Shown here piece after piece: positions 12,732-23,465 of a stretch of 64,000 nucleotides of DNA. The DNA comes from an uncultured delta proteobacterium. Its GTDB lineage: Bacteria > Myxococcota_A > Polyangia > Polyangiales > Polyangiaceae. The stretch covers positions 192,001-256,000 of the forward strand of contig CAWKKR010000007.1 in NCBI GenBank assembly GCA_963850305.1, written 5' to 3'. The position numbers and the translations under genes are program-made. A model generated the notes under the pieces. The model searched no databases. It was not told where the DNA came from and worked only from the letters and a program-made list of their open reading frames with translations. Positions within the stretch are counted from its first letter, which is position 1; the number at the start of each line of letters is the position of its first letter.

Positions 12732-13175
12732 ATGACGCTGCTCGGCTTCGAACGCCGGTGGCTTTTGCTCATCTTCAGGACAGTCGCGCCGTTCGAAGGG
12801 GACGGGTCGACTGCGGGCCTGACCCACGTGCCGATGGGCGAGCTCCTCGACGACCTGGTCCGTAACGCGCCTGCGCACTTCCTGCTCGGCCTCCGTGCGT
12901 GCCTCTGGGTCGTGATGCTCGCGCCTCCGTTCGTGCTCGGACGTCTCGCGTCGTTCGTGACACTTGCCCGCGAGGAACGCCTGGCGTTGCTCGAGCGACT
13001 CGGACAGAGCGACATCTACGTCATTCGTGAGATGCCCATGCTCTTCAAGACCGTGGCCTGTCTCGGGTATTGCGGGCTTCCGGAGGTGCAGAGGCGCGTC
13101 GGTATTCATCCGACTGACGCGACCCCGCCATCCTGGGCTCGGCGTGGGCTGCCGATGGCGGGACCGCGAACATGA
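12732..13175 (+). CDS. Small partner protein of the GMC oxidoreductase
   Basis: ATGA overlap with the GMC gene. The ERLALLERL...KTVACLGY pattern resembles gluconate-2-dehydrogenase subunit-3-like partners. Confidence 0.65.
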   Translation: MTLLGFERRWLLLIFRTVAPFEGDGSTAGLTHVPMGELLDDLVRNAPAHFLLGLRACLWVVMLAPPFVLGRLASFVTLAREERLALLERLGQSDIYVIREMPMLFKTVACLGYCGLPEVQRRVGIHPTDATPPSWARRGLPMAGPRT

Positions 13176-14707
13176 GCGTGGGAGCCATCGTTCGCTTCGC
13201 CGACGTGGCCAGCAAGAAATCCGTCGACGATCAGGCCGACGTCGTCGTCATCGGCTCGGGCGCCGCCGGCGCAACGGCGGCGCGCGTGCTCTCCGAGGCA
13301 GGTCTCGAAGTGGTGGTGCTCGAGGAAGGTCCGTACGTCCCGACCGAAGCCCTGCGCAGCGACATGTACACGAGTTTTCGTACGGTGTGGCGCGACATGG
13401 GCTTTCAAGTCGCCGAGGGACGTGCGTTTACGCCGATCCTCCAGGGGTCGTGCGTCGGCGGGACCACGACCATCAACGGCGCGATCATTCATCGCATGCC
13501 AAAAGCCATCCACGACGCCTGGCGTACCGAGCACGGGCTCGGCGATGGGCTCCCGTACGCCGAGCTCGACCGAATCTGGGATCGCCTCGACGACGAGCTA
13601 TCCGTTGGCCCCGCGCCCGACGACGTGTTCGGAAAAAATAACGCGCTGATGGAGCGAGCGATCGCACGGCTCGGACTCACCGGAAATCGCATCCGCCGGA
13701 ACGTCAAGGGATGCCAGGGCTCGGCGCATTGCAATCAAGGATGCCCGACCGCTCGCCGTCAGAGCATGAACAACTCGTACATCCCGCGTGCCGTCGCGAA
13801 CGGCGCGCGGGTCTACGCCGACTGTCGTGCGGAGCGACTCGTCGTGCGCGATGGACGGGCCGGCGGGGTCACGGCGCGGTTCCGGGATCGTACAACGCGG
13901 CGTTTCGGTCCCGCCATGACCGTCGCCGCGCGCCGCGGGGTGGTGCTCGCTGCCAGCGCGATCCAGTCACCCCTGTTCCTGATCGACAACAAGATCGGGC
14001 GAAAGTCGAGCATGGTCGGGAGGCGGCTCCAGACCCATCCCGGAACGGGCGTCGTGGGCGTCTTCGACGAACCCGTCGAGATGTGGTTCGGCGCGACCCA
14101 GGGTTACGAGTCGACCCATTTCTGGAACGAGCGGATGAAGTTCGAGACCGTCAGCATGCCCTTGGAGTTCGGCGCCGCTCGGCTTCCTGGGGTTGGCGCG
14201 GATTTGATGAAGCACCTGTCCTCGTACGGTAATCTGGCGATCTGGGGCGTTCAGATCCGGGCCCGCAGTCACGGCAGAGTCCGTCGTGGAAGGCTGACGC
14301 CGAAGGTGATCGAATTCGATCTCCAGGACGAGGATGTCCGCGATCTGAAGCTGGGGGTGAAGCGGCTCATCGAGATGATGTTCGCTGCGGGAGCGAGGGA
14401 GGTCTTGCCCGGCGTGCACGGTTTGCCAGAGCGCATTCGGAGCATGGATGAAGCGGCGGCGCTCCCCGATCTACCGGACGACCCGCGTAGATTTCATTGC
14501 ATCGCGGCGCATCTCTTCGGAACCGCGGTTCTCGGTTCGGACCCCGCCGCGAGCGTCGTGGGTCCGGACTGCCAGGCACACGATCTTCCGGGCCTCTACG
14601 TCACCGACTCGAGTGTGTTTCCCACGAACATGGGTGTGAATCCGCAACACTCGATCTGCGCCGTTTCATGGCTCGTCGCCGAACGCATCGCGAACGAAGC
14701 AAGCTGA
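13172..14707 (+). CDS. GMC family flavoprotein oxidoreductase
   Basis: Motifs VIGSGAAG, CVGGTTTING, HLFGT and DSSVFPT...NPQ. Confidence 0.92.
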   Translation: MSVGAIVRFADVASKKSVDDQADVVVIGSGAAGATAARVLSEAGLEVVVLEEGPYVPTEALRSDMYTSFRTVWRDMGFQVAEGRAFTPILQGSCVGGTTTINGAIIHRMPKAIHDAWRTEHGLGDGLPYAELDRIWDRLDDELSVGPAPDDVFGKNNALMERAIARLGLTGNRIRRNVKGCQGSAHCNQGCPTARRQSMNNSYIPRAVANGARVYADCRAERLVVRDGRAGGVTARFRDRTTRRFGPAMTVAARRGVVLAASAIQSPLFLIDNKIGRKSSMVGRRLQTHPGTGVVGVFDEPVEMWFGATQGYESTHFWNERMKFETVSMPLEFGAARLPGVGADLMKHLSSYGNLAIWGVQIRARSHGRVRRGRLTPKVIEFDLQDEDVRDLKLGVKRLIEMMFAAGAREVLPGVHGLPERIRSMDEAAALPDLPDDPRRFHCIAAHLFGTAVLGSDPAASVVGPDCQAHDLPGLYVTDSSVFPTNMGVNPQHSICAVSWLVAERIANEAS

Positions 14708-14720
14708 GCCGATAGGGCGC

Positions 14721-15929
14721 TCAACCTCTCGTCGGGACCGGGAGCGTCAGTGTGAATGTCGTCCCTTCGCCCGGTGTACTCACGGCTTCGACCTTGCCGC
14801 CGTGAGCTTCGACGATTTCCCGGACGATCGACAGACCGAGTCCGGTGCCCCTGCCGGGTTCCTTCGTCGTGAAGAACGGCTCGAAGATCCGCTCGAGTGT
14901 CTCCCTGGGGATGCCGACTCCGTCGTCCGTGACTTCGATCGACAGTCGTGAGCCGTCCTCGGCGCTCCGCGTGCGCACGAGAAGACGTCCGCCGCGCCCG
15001 GTCATGGCATGAGCCGAGTTCGTGAAGAGGTTGACGAACACCTGAGTGAGCGGCCCTGCTTGACCGAATAGTGCGGGCGCCCCACCCGAATAATCGACCG
15101 AAAATTGGATGGCGTGACGCTCGAGCTCGTGCGCCGTGAATGAGAGCGCTTGCGACACGACCTCGTGGATGGCGACGGCGCCGGGTTCCTCACTTGCCGG
15201 TCGCGCGTACTGGACGAGGTCGCGACTGAATTTCAAAATGCGATCCGCCGCGGTTCCGATGCGCCTCAGATGTTCGAGCTCGTCTTGTGGCATGGCCGTC
15301 GCGCGTCGAAGCAAGAACTCGGTGCACGCCACGATGGAGGTCACCGGATTCGCCAGTTCGTGCACCACGCCCGCGACAATCTGCCCGAGCGACGCCAGCT
15401 TTTCGGCCTGAATGAGCTGGGCGCGAAGGTCCTTCAGCTCGGCCGATATCGGCCTCGCCTTCTTCAGCGAGATCGCCGTGCGGATGCAGAACGCAATCAG
15501 GCTTGCAGCCCGTTCGACGACCGGTCGTATCGCTGGATCCTCCGCGATGTCTTCGCTGGTCGCACCGACGTGTAAAGTCGAATCGGCCAGACCCGGCAAT
15601 CCGACGATCAATTCGGCATTCAACGCCGGAAATAGTCGCGTCGGATCTCGTCCGGGGTCCGCCATGCCCGGGGGCAGCGACATTTCGACGATTGGCGTGT
15701 CGTCGGCCCCGATACAAACGCCGAGGGCGCAATCCGGCACGACGCGAGCCAATGCGTCGACGAGCTGGCGCGCCACGGCCGTCGGTCCGGCCTCCAGATG
15801 GATCCGTGTGACCAGACTGAGCAGATCCGCATGCACGCCTTCGGCGTCGAAGCCCCGGACGCGTGTGGACTCGACGGCGCTGGTCGGGTTCTCCGTCGGG
15901 TCCGTGACGTTCAGCGCAACGATCTTCAT
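14721..15929 (-). CDS. Histidine kinase (NtrB-like HisKA+HATPase)
   Basis: Motifs [32 protein letters not shown] and GTGLGL. Confidence 0.92.
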   Translation of the reverse strand: MKIVALNVTDPTENPTSAVESTRVRGFDAEGVHADLLSLVTRIHLEAGPTAVARQLVDALARVVPDCALGVCIGADDTPIVEMSLPPGMADPGRDPTRLFPALNAELIVGLPGLADSTLHVGATSEDIAEDPAIRPVVERAASLIAFCIRTAISLKKARPISAELKDLRAQLIQAEKLASLGQIVAGVVHELANPVTSIVACTEFLLRRATAMPQDELEHLRRIGTAADRILKFSRDLVQYARPASEEPGAVAIHEVVSQALSFTAHELERHAIQFSVDYSGGAPALFGQAGPLTQVFVNLFTNSAHAMTGRGGRLLVRTRSAEDGSRLSIEVTDDGVGIPRETLERIFEPFFTTKEPGRGTGLGLSIVREIVEAHGGKVEAVSTPGEGTTFTLTLPVPTRG

Positions 15930-17947
15930 CGGCGTATCCCTTTTACGTCCCCCTCGCTCGTGGCCTTGTCGAGATCCAGGATCTTCGCGCCACCGACGTA
16001 GCTCTTCGTCTCGTACTTCGTGATCTTCCCGATCTTTCGCACGATCTCGGCCATTCGCTCGGCCTGCGTGATGATGATATTTGCGGCGTTGTGTAGTGAC
16101 GATTCCGCCTCGAGCCGGCGGCAGAGCAACTCGGCGTACCCGATGATGCTCGTCAACGGCTGATTCAATTCGTGGGCCGCCGCTCCGGCGAGCTCCGCCA
16201 CGGCCGCGTGTTTCTCGCGCTCGCGGAGCTCCTCCTGCGCGCGCAGGAGCTTGGCCTCCATTCGGAGCTTGTCGCGGATATCGGTGAAAATCCCCACGGA
16301 GCCAACGGGATGGTCGTTCTCCATGATCAGCGCCGCCGAGAGTTTCACGGCAATGACTTCGCCCGCGGAATTCAGCATGTCGACGCGGTAATCCTCGAGG
16401 CGCGCGGGACCGCAGACCGCGGGGTCCCGGATCTTCCGCATGACCTCGCGTGCGACGCCCGTCGGGTAGAGTTTCTCCACGGACATCTTTCCGATCACTT
16501 CGCTCGGCTCGTAACCGAATACTCGAGCGGCCGCGCGATTGAAGAGGAGGACGCGGCCGTCGAGACTGGCGGATACGATGGCATCGACGGAGCTCTCGAT
16601 CACCCGCTCGAAGAACTCCTTCGTCTGCTTCAGCTCGATTTCCGTCTTTCGCTCCTGCGTGACATCGCGAAACGTGAAGAGAACTGCGCCCTCTTCGCGA
16701 AGCACCGAGCTGAAATTGACGCTCAGCACCACGTCTTGACCCTGTTTGCGCCGGATGCGAACGTCCACGCCCTGGGGATAGATGCTCTCGCGAAATCCTC
16801 GCGCGAGGCGCAGGGCTCGCCGCTGTTCTTCCAGCGAGAGGACCTCGTTCATCTTGATCTCGGCGAGATCCGTCTCCGAGAAGCCGGTGATCTCTCGAGC
16901 CCGAGGATTTGCAAACAGGACTCGCCCGGTTTGCGCGATGACGACGATGCCATCGGCCGCGCTCTCGAAGAAATCGCGGTAGCGCTGGAAAAGCTGCATC
17001 CTGTGCTCGGCTTCTTCGCGCGCCTCGACGTTCTCTTGTTTTTCCCTTCGGAGCTCTTGCAATATCTTCGCGTTGCGGAGCGAGATCGTGGTCGCATTCG
17101 AGACCGTCTGGAGCAGGGTCATTTCGTCGTCCGTGAACGCAACCGGCCGTCGTGCTCGCAGAAAGAGGACTCCCAGGGCGCGTCCCTCGTGGACCAGTGG
17201 CAGTAGCGCGAGCGACGCGAAGCCGACGACGCCGTCGCGCTGACGAACCACGTCCAGCAACGAATGGCTCGCAGCGTCGCGGATGACGAGCGTCGTCCCG
17301 GAGCTCAGCGCTTCCTGGATTTCAGGATACCTCGCGAGATTGATGGGCAGATCGCGAAGTTGTTCATCGTCGCTGGTCGCCACCACGTATCCGAGATCGG
17401 AGCGCTCGCCGAGGAGCACGAGGCTGCATCGATCGACCTTTGCGATCGCCGCAAGGCGGGTCACGAGCGTGAACAAGATCTCTCGAATGTCCAGGCGGGA
17501 CGCCAGCGTCTGAATGAGTTCCACGACCGTTCTGAGGTCCTGCTCCCGCTCCGACAGGCGCTCGACGTAATCGCGGATCCGCAGTTGCCCGCGCACGCGA
17601 GCGACGAGCTCGGAAGCCCGGAGCGGCTTGTGGACATAGTCGTCGGCGCCCGACGCGAAGGCGCGTTCGACCTCCTCGTCCGTGTCGAAGGCCGTCATGA
17701 CGACGACGGGCAGCGCCTCCAGGCGTGGGCTTTCTCGGATCTTCCGGAGGACGGCGTAACCGTCCAGACCCGGCAAGATCAGATCGAGCAATACGACGGC
17801 AGGCACCTCACCTTCGAGCCAGGTCAGGGCGGCCTGGCCATCGCAGACGCCAACCGCGGGTAGCCCCGCCTGTCCGAGCCAATCGACGACGACTTGGCGG
17901 CTCGCCGGGCTGTCTTCTACGACGAGGATCGGCTCGCTCGGACGCAA
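15926..17947 (-). CDS. REC-GAF-PAS-PAS-HisKA signalling protein lacking an ATPase domain
   Basis: Intact REC domain (ED, LLD, KP), GAF, two PAS domains and AAHELNQP. It ends shortly after the HisKA helices. Confidence 0.88.
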   Translation of the reverse strand: MRPSEPILVVEDSPASRQVVVDWLGQAGLPAVGVCDGQAALTWLEGEVPAVVLLDLILPGLDGYAVLRKIRESPRLEALPVVVMTAFDTDEEVERAFASGADDYVHKPLRASELVARVRGQLRIRDYVERLSEREQDLRTVVELIQTLASRLDIREILFTLVTRLAAIAKVDRCSLVLLGERSDLGYVVATSDDEQLRDLPINLARYPEIQEALSSGTTLVIRDAASHSLLDVVRQRDGVVGFASLALLPLVHEGRALGVLFLRARRPVAFTDDEMTLLQTVSNATTISLRNAKILQELRREKQENVEAREEAEHRMQLFQRYRDFFESAADGIVVIAQTGRVLFANPRAREITGFSETDLAEIKMNEVLSLEEQRRALRLARGFRESIYPQGVDVRIRRKQGQDVVLSVNFSSVLREEGAVLFTFRDVTQERKTEIELKQTKEFFERVIESSVDAIVSASLDGRVLLFNRAAARVFGYEPSEVIGKMSVEKLYPTGVAREVMRKIRDPAVCGPARLEDYRVDMLNSAGEVIAVKLSAALIMENDHPVGSVGIFTDIRDKLRMEAKLLRAQEELREREKHAAVAELAGAAAHELNQPLTSIIGYAELLCRRLEAESSLHNAANIIITQAERMAEIVRKIGKITKYETKSYVGGAKILDLDKATSEGDVKGIRR

Positions 17948-18011
17948 GATGACCAGATCCTAGGACGAGTAGACCACCGCGCGCAAACCCGGGGGAAATT
18001 ACGCCGTCGAC

Positions 18012-19502
18012 TCAGTCGGTCATCGAATCTGAAACCGTTTCGATTTTGAGGCCGACTTTCGAGAGCTGAGCCGCGACGGCGCTGCGATCTCCCACGATGA
18101 CGACGACCGAGTGATCGGGGTCGAGCCGCCGGGCTTCCGCGGCCACGGTCACGGGCGTCGCCGCATCCAGCAGTGCCGGATATTTCCCGTAATAGTCACT
18201 GTCGAGGTTCTCGAGGAATAGATCCTCGACGCGGTCGCCTACATCATCCGTGTCGGACAGCGTGGCGCCGAGGTGCTGTTTCAGGTCCACGCGCGCGAGC
18301 GCCACTTCGGCGTCCGTGATCGGCCGTCCGAGGGCGGGGTCCTTTGCCTTGGTCAGTTCCGAGAGCGCCTCGGACAGCGCCGGCCCAGTCACGTCGGTAC
18401 GCACCGACGTCATGACCGCGAACGCCCCCCAGTCGCGTGTCGCGAGATCGAGCGAATTCGCGCCGTAGGTGAATGCGTTCTTCTCCCTCAAGTTCATGTT
18501 CAACCGCGACGTGAATACCCCGCCGAGCAAATCGTTCAAGAGCTCGCGCGACTCGTACCCTGGCGCGGAGCGCTTCGGGAACGACTGGGCGACGAAAAGG
18601 GCGCTTTGAACGGCACCGGGCCGATCTACGAAAAAAATCTCGTGCGCGGGCGAGGCGCCGATGCTCGCGTCCGCAGCGGGCTTCGGATTCGAGGCGTGCC
18701 ATGCACCAAAGAGTTCCTTCGCGATGGGTCGTACGTCCGCAAGTGTGATGTCTCCAACGACCACGAGGGCCAGGTTGTTCGGAACGAAGTGTGTCTCGTA
18801 GAACTCGACGAGGTCCCGTCGCCGGAGGCCTGCGATGTCGTGGCGCGAGCCGTTCACCGGCGCGCCGACTGCCTTTCCGAGCAGCAATCGGAGCCCCACT
18901 ACCGCGGAAAGGCGGCCCGGACTCTGGCGCTCGGCTTCGATCGAATCGAGCCATTCGTGGCGCACCCGCTCGATTTCATCGGTCGCGAAAGCCGGCTTCT
19001 GCGCCACCTCGGCCAACAACGACAGTCCGTTCCGGAGATCTTCACGCAGCGTCGTCATGCCAAGGCGCACGTAATCGCGGCCGGCGGATTCCTCGAGGGT
19101 CGTTCCCATCGATTCGACGGCCTCCGCGAGCGCCAGCGATCCGTGCTTCGCGGTTCCCTCCGTCATGAGACGAACCGTGAATGCCGAAAGTCCGCTCTTG
19201 CCGACCGGCAGGCGACTCGCTGCGCTCTTGGCGACCAGCGACATGGTCACGACACCAGCCTTTTTGTCGACCACGTACAGGGTCAAGCCATTGTCCAGAC
19301 GCGCGGTCTGCACGTCCGGGTACGGATGGTCCACGAGCTTGCCCGTCGGCGGACGCGTGTCGCGCCAGGCGTCCGGATCGGGGATCGGCGCTGCCGCGGG
19401 TTTCACCGTCGGCGGCTTTGCGGGGACGAGCGCCGTTCGCGTCGTGCTCGCGCTGCACGCGACGGCGAGTGCCGCCGCGAGAATGGTGCAAGGCCGATTC
19501 AT
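18012..19502 (-). CDS. M16 (insulinase) family peptidase, non-catalytic subunit, lipoprotein
   Basis: LDNGL and SRLNMNLRE...YG motifs, no HxxEH, lipobox LAVAC. Confidence 0.88.
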   Translation of the reverse strand: MNRPCTILAAALAVACSASTTRTALVPAKPPTVKPAAAPIPDPDAWRDTRPPTGKLVDHPYPDVQTARLDNGLTLYVVDKKAGVVTMSLVAKSAASRLPVGKSGLSAFTVRLMTEGTAKHGSLALAEAVESMGTTLEESAGRDYVRLGMTTLREDLRNGLSLLAEVAQKPAFATDEIERVRHEWLDSIEAERQSPGRLSAVVGLRLLLGKAVGAPVNGSRHDIAGLRRRDLVEFYETHFVPNNLALVVVGDITLADVRPIAKELFGAWHASNPKPAADASIGASPAHEIFFVDRPGAVQSALFVAQSFPKRSAPGYESRELLNDLLGGVFTSRLNMNLREKNAFTYGANSLDLATRDWGAFAVMTSVRTDVTGPALSEALSELTKAKDPALGRPITDAEVALARVDLKQHLGATLSDTDDVGDRVEDLFLENLDSDYYGKYPALLDAATPVTVAAEARRLDPDHSVVVIVGDRSAVAAQLSKVGLKIETVSDSMTD

Positions 19503-20896
19503 GGCGTGGCTCCCCTTTCGGGTGCGGGAGATTCGGGCTTCGGGACCGTCGTGATCACGACCTCGGCTGCGCTCCCCAGGTCGCGGCGGATGGCGTCTCT
19601 CACGTCGTCCTTCGTCACGGCATCGATATGAGCGACGTATTCGCCCAGTTTTCCGGGGTCGCCGAGATATTCGTTCATGCGCTGCAGGATCCCGGCGCGA
19701 CCGGATTCCCCGCCCTCTCCGTCGAGCCGCTGCAGATCCGTCGAGATGTGGAGCCGGATTCGTCGCTTGGCGCGACCGAGTTCCTCGGGACTTGGTCCGT
19801 CGTCACCGAGCCGGGCCAAGGTTCTGTCGAGCGCCGCCTCGACTTTCTTGGGATCCGCGTCTGCAGCGACCGTGGCATCCACCTCGAACATGCTGGCCAG
19901 ACGATTGGAATCGAGGTCCGCGCTGACGTCCGACGCGAGCTTCTCCTTCACCACGAGATCTTGGTAAAGGCGAGTTGCCTTGCCTCCCGCGAGTAGCGTG
20001 GCCACGACGTCGAGGACATTGTCGTCAGGCGTGTACGCGGGCGGCGTGATCCAGCCGATTGCCACCCGCGCGAGCTGCACGGGCTCTTCGACATCCTTGT
20101 GAATCGGTCCTTTGAGTGGAGGAGTCACCCAGTTGGGCGTCGGTGGCCGCGGGACGGTCGGCAGAGTACCGAAATATTTTTCGACCCACGCCTTTGCCAC
20201 CGCCGGATCGAAGTCTCCCGCGATCGTGAGCGTCGCGTTGCTCGGTGCGTAAAACGAACGAAAGAACCCCTTCACGTCCTCCATGCTTGCGCGCGATAGG
20301 TCCTCCATCGAGCCGATCACCGCGCCGTGATACGGATGATCCGGGGAAAACATATTCTCGTACATCGCAAGCTCGCTCGGCCCGTAGGGCGAATTCTCGT
20401 AGTGCTGGCGCCGCTCGTTCTTGACGACGTCGCGCTGCACGTCCAAGCGGGCCTGCGTCAGCGCGTCCGGCAAGAAGCCCATGCGGTCGCTCTCCAGCCA
20501 CAGCGCGAGTTCGAGTTCCTGACGGGGGACGGTTTCGAAATAGTTCGTGCGATCCCAGCTCGTGGTGCCATTGACGTTCGTCGCCCCGACGGATTCGAGG
20601 AGGTGATCGAATTCGTGTCCGACGTGCTTCGACCCTTCGAACATCAAATGTTCGAACAGGTGGGCAAAACCAGACCGCTTCGGGGGCTCGTTCGACGGAC
20701 CGACGTGATACCAGATGTTCACCGCGCACAGAGGTAGCGAAGAATCTTCGTGCAAGATCACTTCCAGCCCGTTCGGAAGGGAGTACTTCTGGAACGGGAT
20801 GTCGAAGGATGTGGTCTTCGGTGCGTCGCCTGCCTGCGCGTTTGCGCCGAGTGAGAGAACGAGAATCCCGGCGGCCGCTCTCGTCGCGATCTGCAT
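19499..20896 (-). CDS. M16 family zinc peptidase, catalytic subunit
   Basis: GFAHLFEHLMF (HxxEH), NGTT, and a signal peptide. Confidence 0.92.
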   Translation of the reverse strand: MQIATRAAAGILVLSLGANAQAGDAPKTTSFDIPFQKYSLPNGLEVILHEDSSLPLCAVNIWYHVGPSNEPPKRSGFAHLFEHLMFEGSKHVGHEFDHLLESVGATNVNGTTSWDRTNYFETVPRQELELALWLESDRMGFLPDALTQARLDVQRDVVKNERRQHYENSPYGPSELAMYENMFSPDHPYHGAVIGSMEDLSRASMEDVKGFFRSFYAPSNATLTIAGDFDPAVAKAWVEKYFGTLPTVPRPPTPNWVTPPLKGPIHKDVEEPVQLARVAIGWITPPAYTPDDNVLDVVATLLAGGKATRLYQDLVVKEKLASDVSADLDSNRLASMFEVDATVAADADPKKVEAALDRTLARLGDDGPSPEELGRAKRRIRLHISTDLQRLDGEGGESGRAGILQRMNEYLGDPGKLGEYVAHIDAVTKDDVRDAIRRDLGSAAEVVITTVPKPESPAPERGATP

Positions 20897-20916
20897 GGTT
20901 TTCGTGGACTACTACG

Positions 20917-21306
20917 TTATCCGCCGGCCGTCTTCTGGCGCGGTTCGAGGGTCCGGGGCGCGCCCTGCGCAACCAGAGTTACCCCAACCACGACGAGCAG
21001 CATGCCGAGCCACATGCGCGGGCTGATCGCATCACCGAACAAGATCCGCGCCGCAACGGGGACGAGGACGTAGACGAACGCGACGAAGGGCGCCGCCACC
21101 GACAGCGGCACACGCTTCAGCACGAAGAGCCAGGTGAGCACGCTCAGCCCATAGGCGACGAGCCCCACCAGGAACCAGAGATTTCGAACGAGCGTGAGAG
21201 GGGCTCCGGGTGTCGCGCCGGTCATGGCGGCTTGACGAAGCAGGAGTTGCGCACCGGCGTTGAGGAGTACGGTGATGGTCGCGAACAGCGCGGCGACCCC
21301 GCTCAC
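20917..21306 (-). CDS. Small EamA/SMR-like (ArnE/ArnF-type) membrane transporter or flippase
   Basis: About four hydrophobic helices and WLFVLKRVPLSVAAPF. GTG start overlaps the upstream TGA. Confidence 0.75.
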   Translation of the reverse strand: MSGVAALFATITVLLNAGAQLLLRQAAMTGATPGAPLTLVRNLWFLVGLVAYGLSVLTWLFVLKRVPLSVAAPFVAFVYVLVPVAARILFGDAISPRMWLGMLLVVVGVTLVAQGAPRTLEPRQKTAGG

Positions 21307-22331
21307 GGCAGATACTCCAGCAGTTTGAGCACGCCGAGGCGAACCGGCGAGCGATGGTGCGAGGCATCCTTGCGAGCCAGCACTTCCTCGCGATGCTCGA
21401 CGTACCAGTCGTAGGATTCGGCGATCATTTCCGCGTTCGAATAGCGCGGCGCCCAGCCGAGGATCTCCTTCGTCCGGGAGACGTCGAAGAACATCTCTCG
21501 TCCGTACATGAGCGTGTGATAGTCGCCGAGCGGCGAGAGTCCGAGCCTGCTCGTTGCGGCCATCGCGAGCCGCGTAGGACCGAAGGGGAGGGCGCGGACG
21601 GGGCTTCCGGTCTTCGCGTGCGCAACGAGGCCGTCGAGTAGCTCGCGCATCGTGCCGAATCGGTCGGTGCCTCCGAGAAATATCCGCGGGCCAGGCATAC
21701 GGTCCGCGCGCAGGCACACCTCGGCGAGGTCGTCAGCGTGGACGAACTGGTAGCGATTGCTGCCGTCACCGAGCGTGTAAATTGGGCGTCCGCGGCGCAC
21801 CCACTCGAAGAGGATCTGGAAGATGCCGAGCCGCCCGTGTCCGAGAACCGTCCGAGGGCGCACGATGGAAATGTCGAGTCCGCGCCGCCCGTACTCCTCG
21901 GCGATCCGCTCGCCCGCCAGTTTCGCTGCCCCGTACGCCTCGCGCGGGTTCGGTTGGACGTCCAGGTCCACCGGGTTTCTGGGGGGCACGCCGTAGATGG
22001 CGCTCGACGAGACGAGCAACACCTTCTCGACGCGCGCGCGGAGAGCTGCCGCGAGAAGGACTCGTGTCCCCTCCACGTTGACGGACGAGAACTGTTCGCG
22101 ATCTTTCGCCAGCGGTACCTGCGCGACGTCGTGGTGGACGACGTTCACGCCGTCGAGCGCGCGCTCCACGGCGCCACGGTCGCGGATGTCGCCGCGCACG
22201 AACTCGACATCAGTGGCTCTGTCCTCGTTATCGACCAGGTCGAAGACGCGAACGGAATCTCCACGCGCACGCAGTTTTCGAACGACGGTCTCACCGAGAT
22301 ACCCTGAACCTCCGGTGACGAGCGTTCGCAT
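21303..22331 (-). CDS. NAD-dependent epimerase/dehydratase (extended SDR)
   Basis: TGGSGYLG, SSSAIYG and YxxxK (YGAAK). Confidence 0.9.
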   Translation of the reverse strand: MRTLVTGGSGYLGETVVRKLRARGDSVRVFDLVDNEDRATDVEFVRGDIRDRGAVERALDGVNVVHHDVAQVPLAKDREQFSSVNVEGTRVLLAAALRARVEKVLLVSSSAIYGVPPRNPVDLDVQPNPREAYGAAKLAGERIAEEYGRRGLDISIVRPRTVLGHGRLGIFQILFEWVRRGRPIYTLGDGSNRYQFVHADDLAEVCLRADRMPGPRIFLGGTDRFGTMRELLDGLVAHAKTGSPVRALPFGPTRLAMAATSRLGLSPLGDYHTLMYGREMFFDVSRTKEILGWAPRYSNAEMIAESYDWYVEHREEVLARKDASHHRSPVRLGVLKLLEYLP

Positions 22332-22333
22332 CG

Positions 22334-23353
22334 TCAGACGTCGACACCTTTCGAGCGACACCACTCGATCGAGCGCCGCATGCCCTCCTCGAGGTCGATC
22401 TGCGGATCGTAGCCTAGCTCGCGCTGGGCCTTTTCGATCGAGACGGCGATGGATTCGCCGAGTTCGCCGAGAACGTGGATTTCCTGGTTGTAGAGCCCCG
22501 TCATCTGAAGCAGCGAGTCCGCAAGTCGTGCGATGTCTCCGGTGAAGCCCGGCAAGTAACGTGGACGAATCGAGACATCCAGGAGCTTGCCCACGGTCTG
22601 GAGAATCTCGATGAATGAATACGGGCGCCGGTCCGTGATCCAGTACGTCTGTCCGGAAGCCTTCGGTACGTCTCGCGCGAGGATCAGTCCCTGGACCGTG
22701 TTATCGACGTAGCTCATGCTTCGAAGGTTGTCCCCTTTGCCGACGATGGGCGGGTTCCCCTTCTTGATCATCTTGAAGAACGTCGTCTGTCTGAGCGGCT
22801 GATTCGGTCCGTAAAACCAGCACGGCCGCACGATGACCGCTTCGATCTTGCCCGCCCGATGTGCGTCGTTGACGAGCCACTCGCTCTGCAGCTTGCTGAG
22901 GCCGTAGTTCAAATACGGTCGTGGCGGGTCCGCTTCACTCATGAGCTGAGTTGGCGACTCGTTCAGCCCTGCCGGCGAGTTCGAGCTCACGAACACGAAG
23001 CGCCGGACCTTTGCCGCGATCGCCGCGTCGAGCAGGTTGCGCGTCCCGTCCACGTTGATCTCGTAGAGTTCCTTGATGCGGTGAGCGTGGATCACTCCCG
23101 CACAATGAAAAACGGTATCGATGCCGTCGAAGAGTGCGTCGGGTAGCCGCCGATCGCGTAGATCTGCCGTCGCGACTTCGACTTTGCCGGTTTCCGTCAG
23201 GGGACGCGCATCGCTCCCGGGCAGCGACACGATCCGGACGGTTTCGGGTTTTTGATCGACGGCGCCCGAACGAAAACCCCGAACCAGCGCCTCCACCAAA
23301 CTGCTGCCGAGCCAGCCGGGTGCGCCCGTGACCAAGACACGCGGTTTCATCAT
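22334..23353 (-). CDS. NAD-dependent epimerase/dehydratase (3-beta-HSD-like extended SDR)
   Basis: TGAPGWLG, YGLSK and RPCWFYGP. Confidence 0.9.
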   Translation of the reverse strand: MMKPRVLVTGAPGWLGSSLVEALVRGFRSGAVDQKPETVRIVSLPGSDARPLTETGKVEVATADLRDRRLPDALFDGIDTVFHCAGVIHAHRIKELYEINVDGTRNLLDAAIAAKVRRFVFVSSNSPAGLNESPTQLMSEADPPRPYLNYGLSKLQSEWLVNDAHRAGKIEAVIVRPCWFYGPNQPLRQTTFFKMIKKGNPPIVGKGDNLRSMSYVDNTVQGLILARDVPKASGQTYWITDRRPYSFIEILQTVGKLLDVSIRPRYLPGFTGDIARLADSLLQMTGLYNQEIHVLGELGESIAVSIEKAQRELGYDPQIDLEEGMRRSIEWCRSKGVDV

Positions 23354-23425
23354 GTCGAAATTGGTTCCCTTCTAACACCCCTCGGGTCATCTTGGCATGC
23401 TCGATCTTGCCCCGGGAGTGGCCTT

Positions 23426-23441
23426 TGGTACGAGCTTTGCT
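23426..23441 (+). promoter_or_regulatory. Putative sigma-54 (-24/-12) promoter of the TerC-family gene
   Basis: TGGTACG-AGCT-TTGCT matches TGGCACG-N4-TTGCW with correct GG-N10-GC spacing. Confidence 0.5.
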
Positions 23442-23465
23442 CTAGAAGCCCGAGAAGCGAACGGC

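Noticed and set aside
23392..23410. TGGCATG...TTGC as a sigma-54 site
   Set aside because: The GG-to-GC spacing is wrong (13 rather than 10 nt). The site at 23426 fits.
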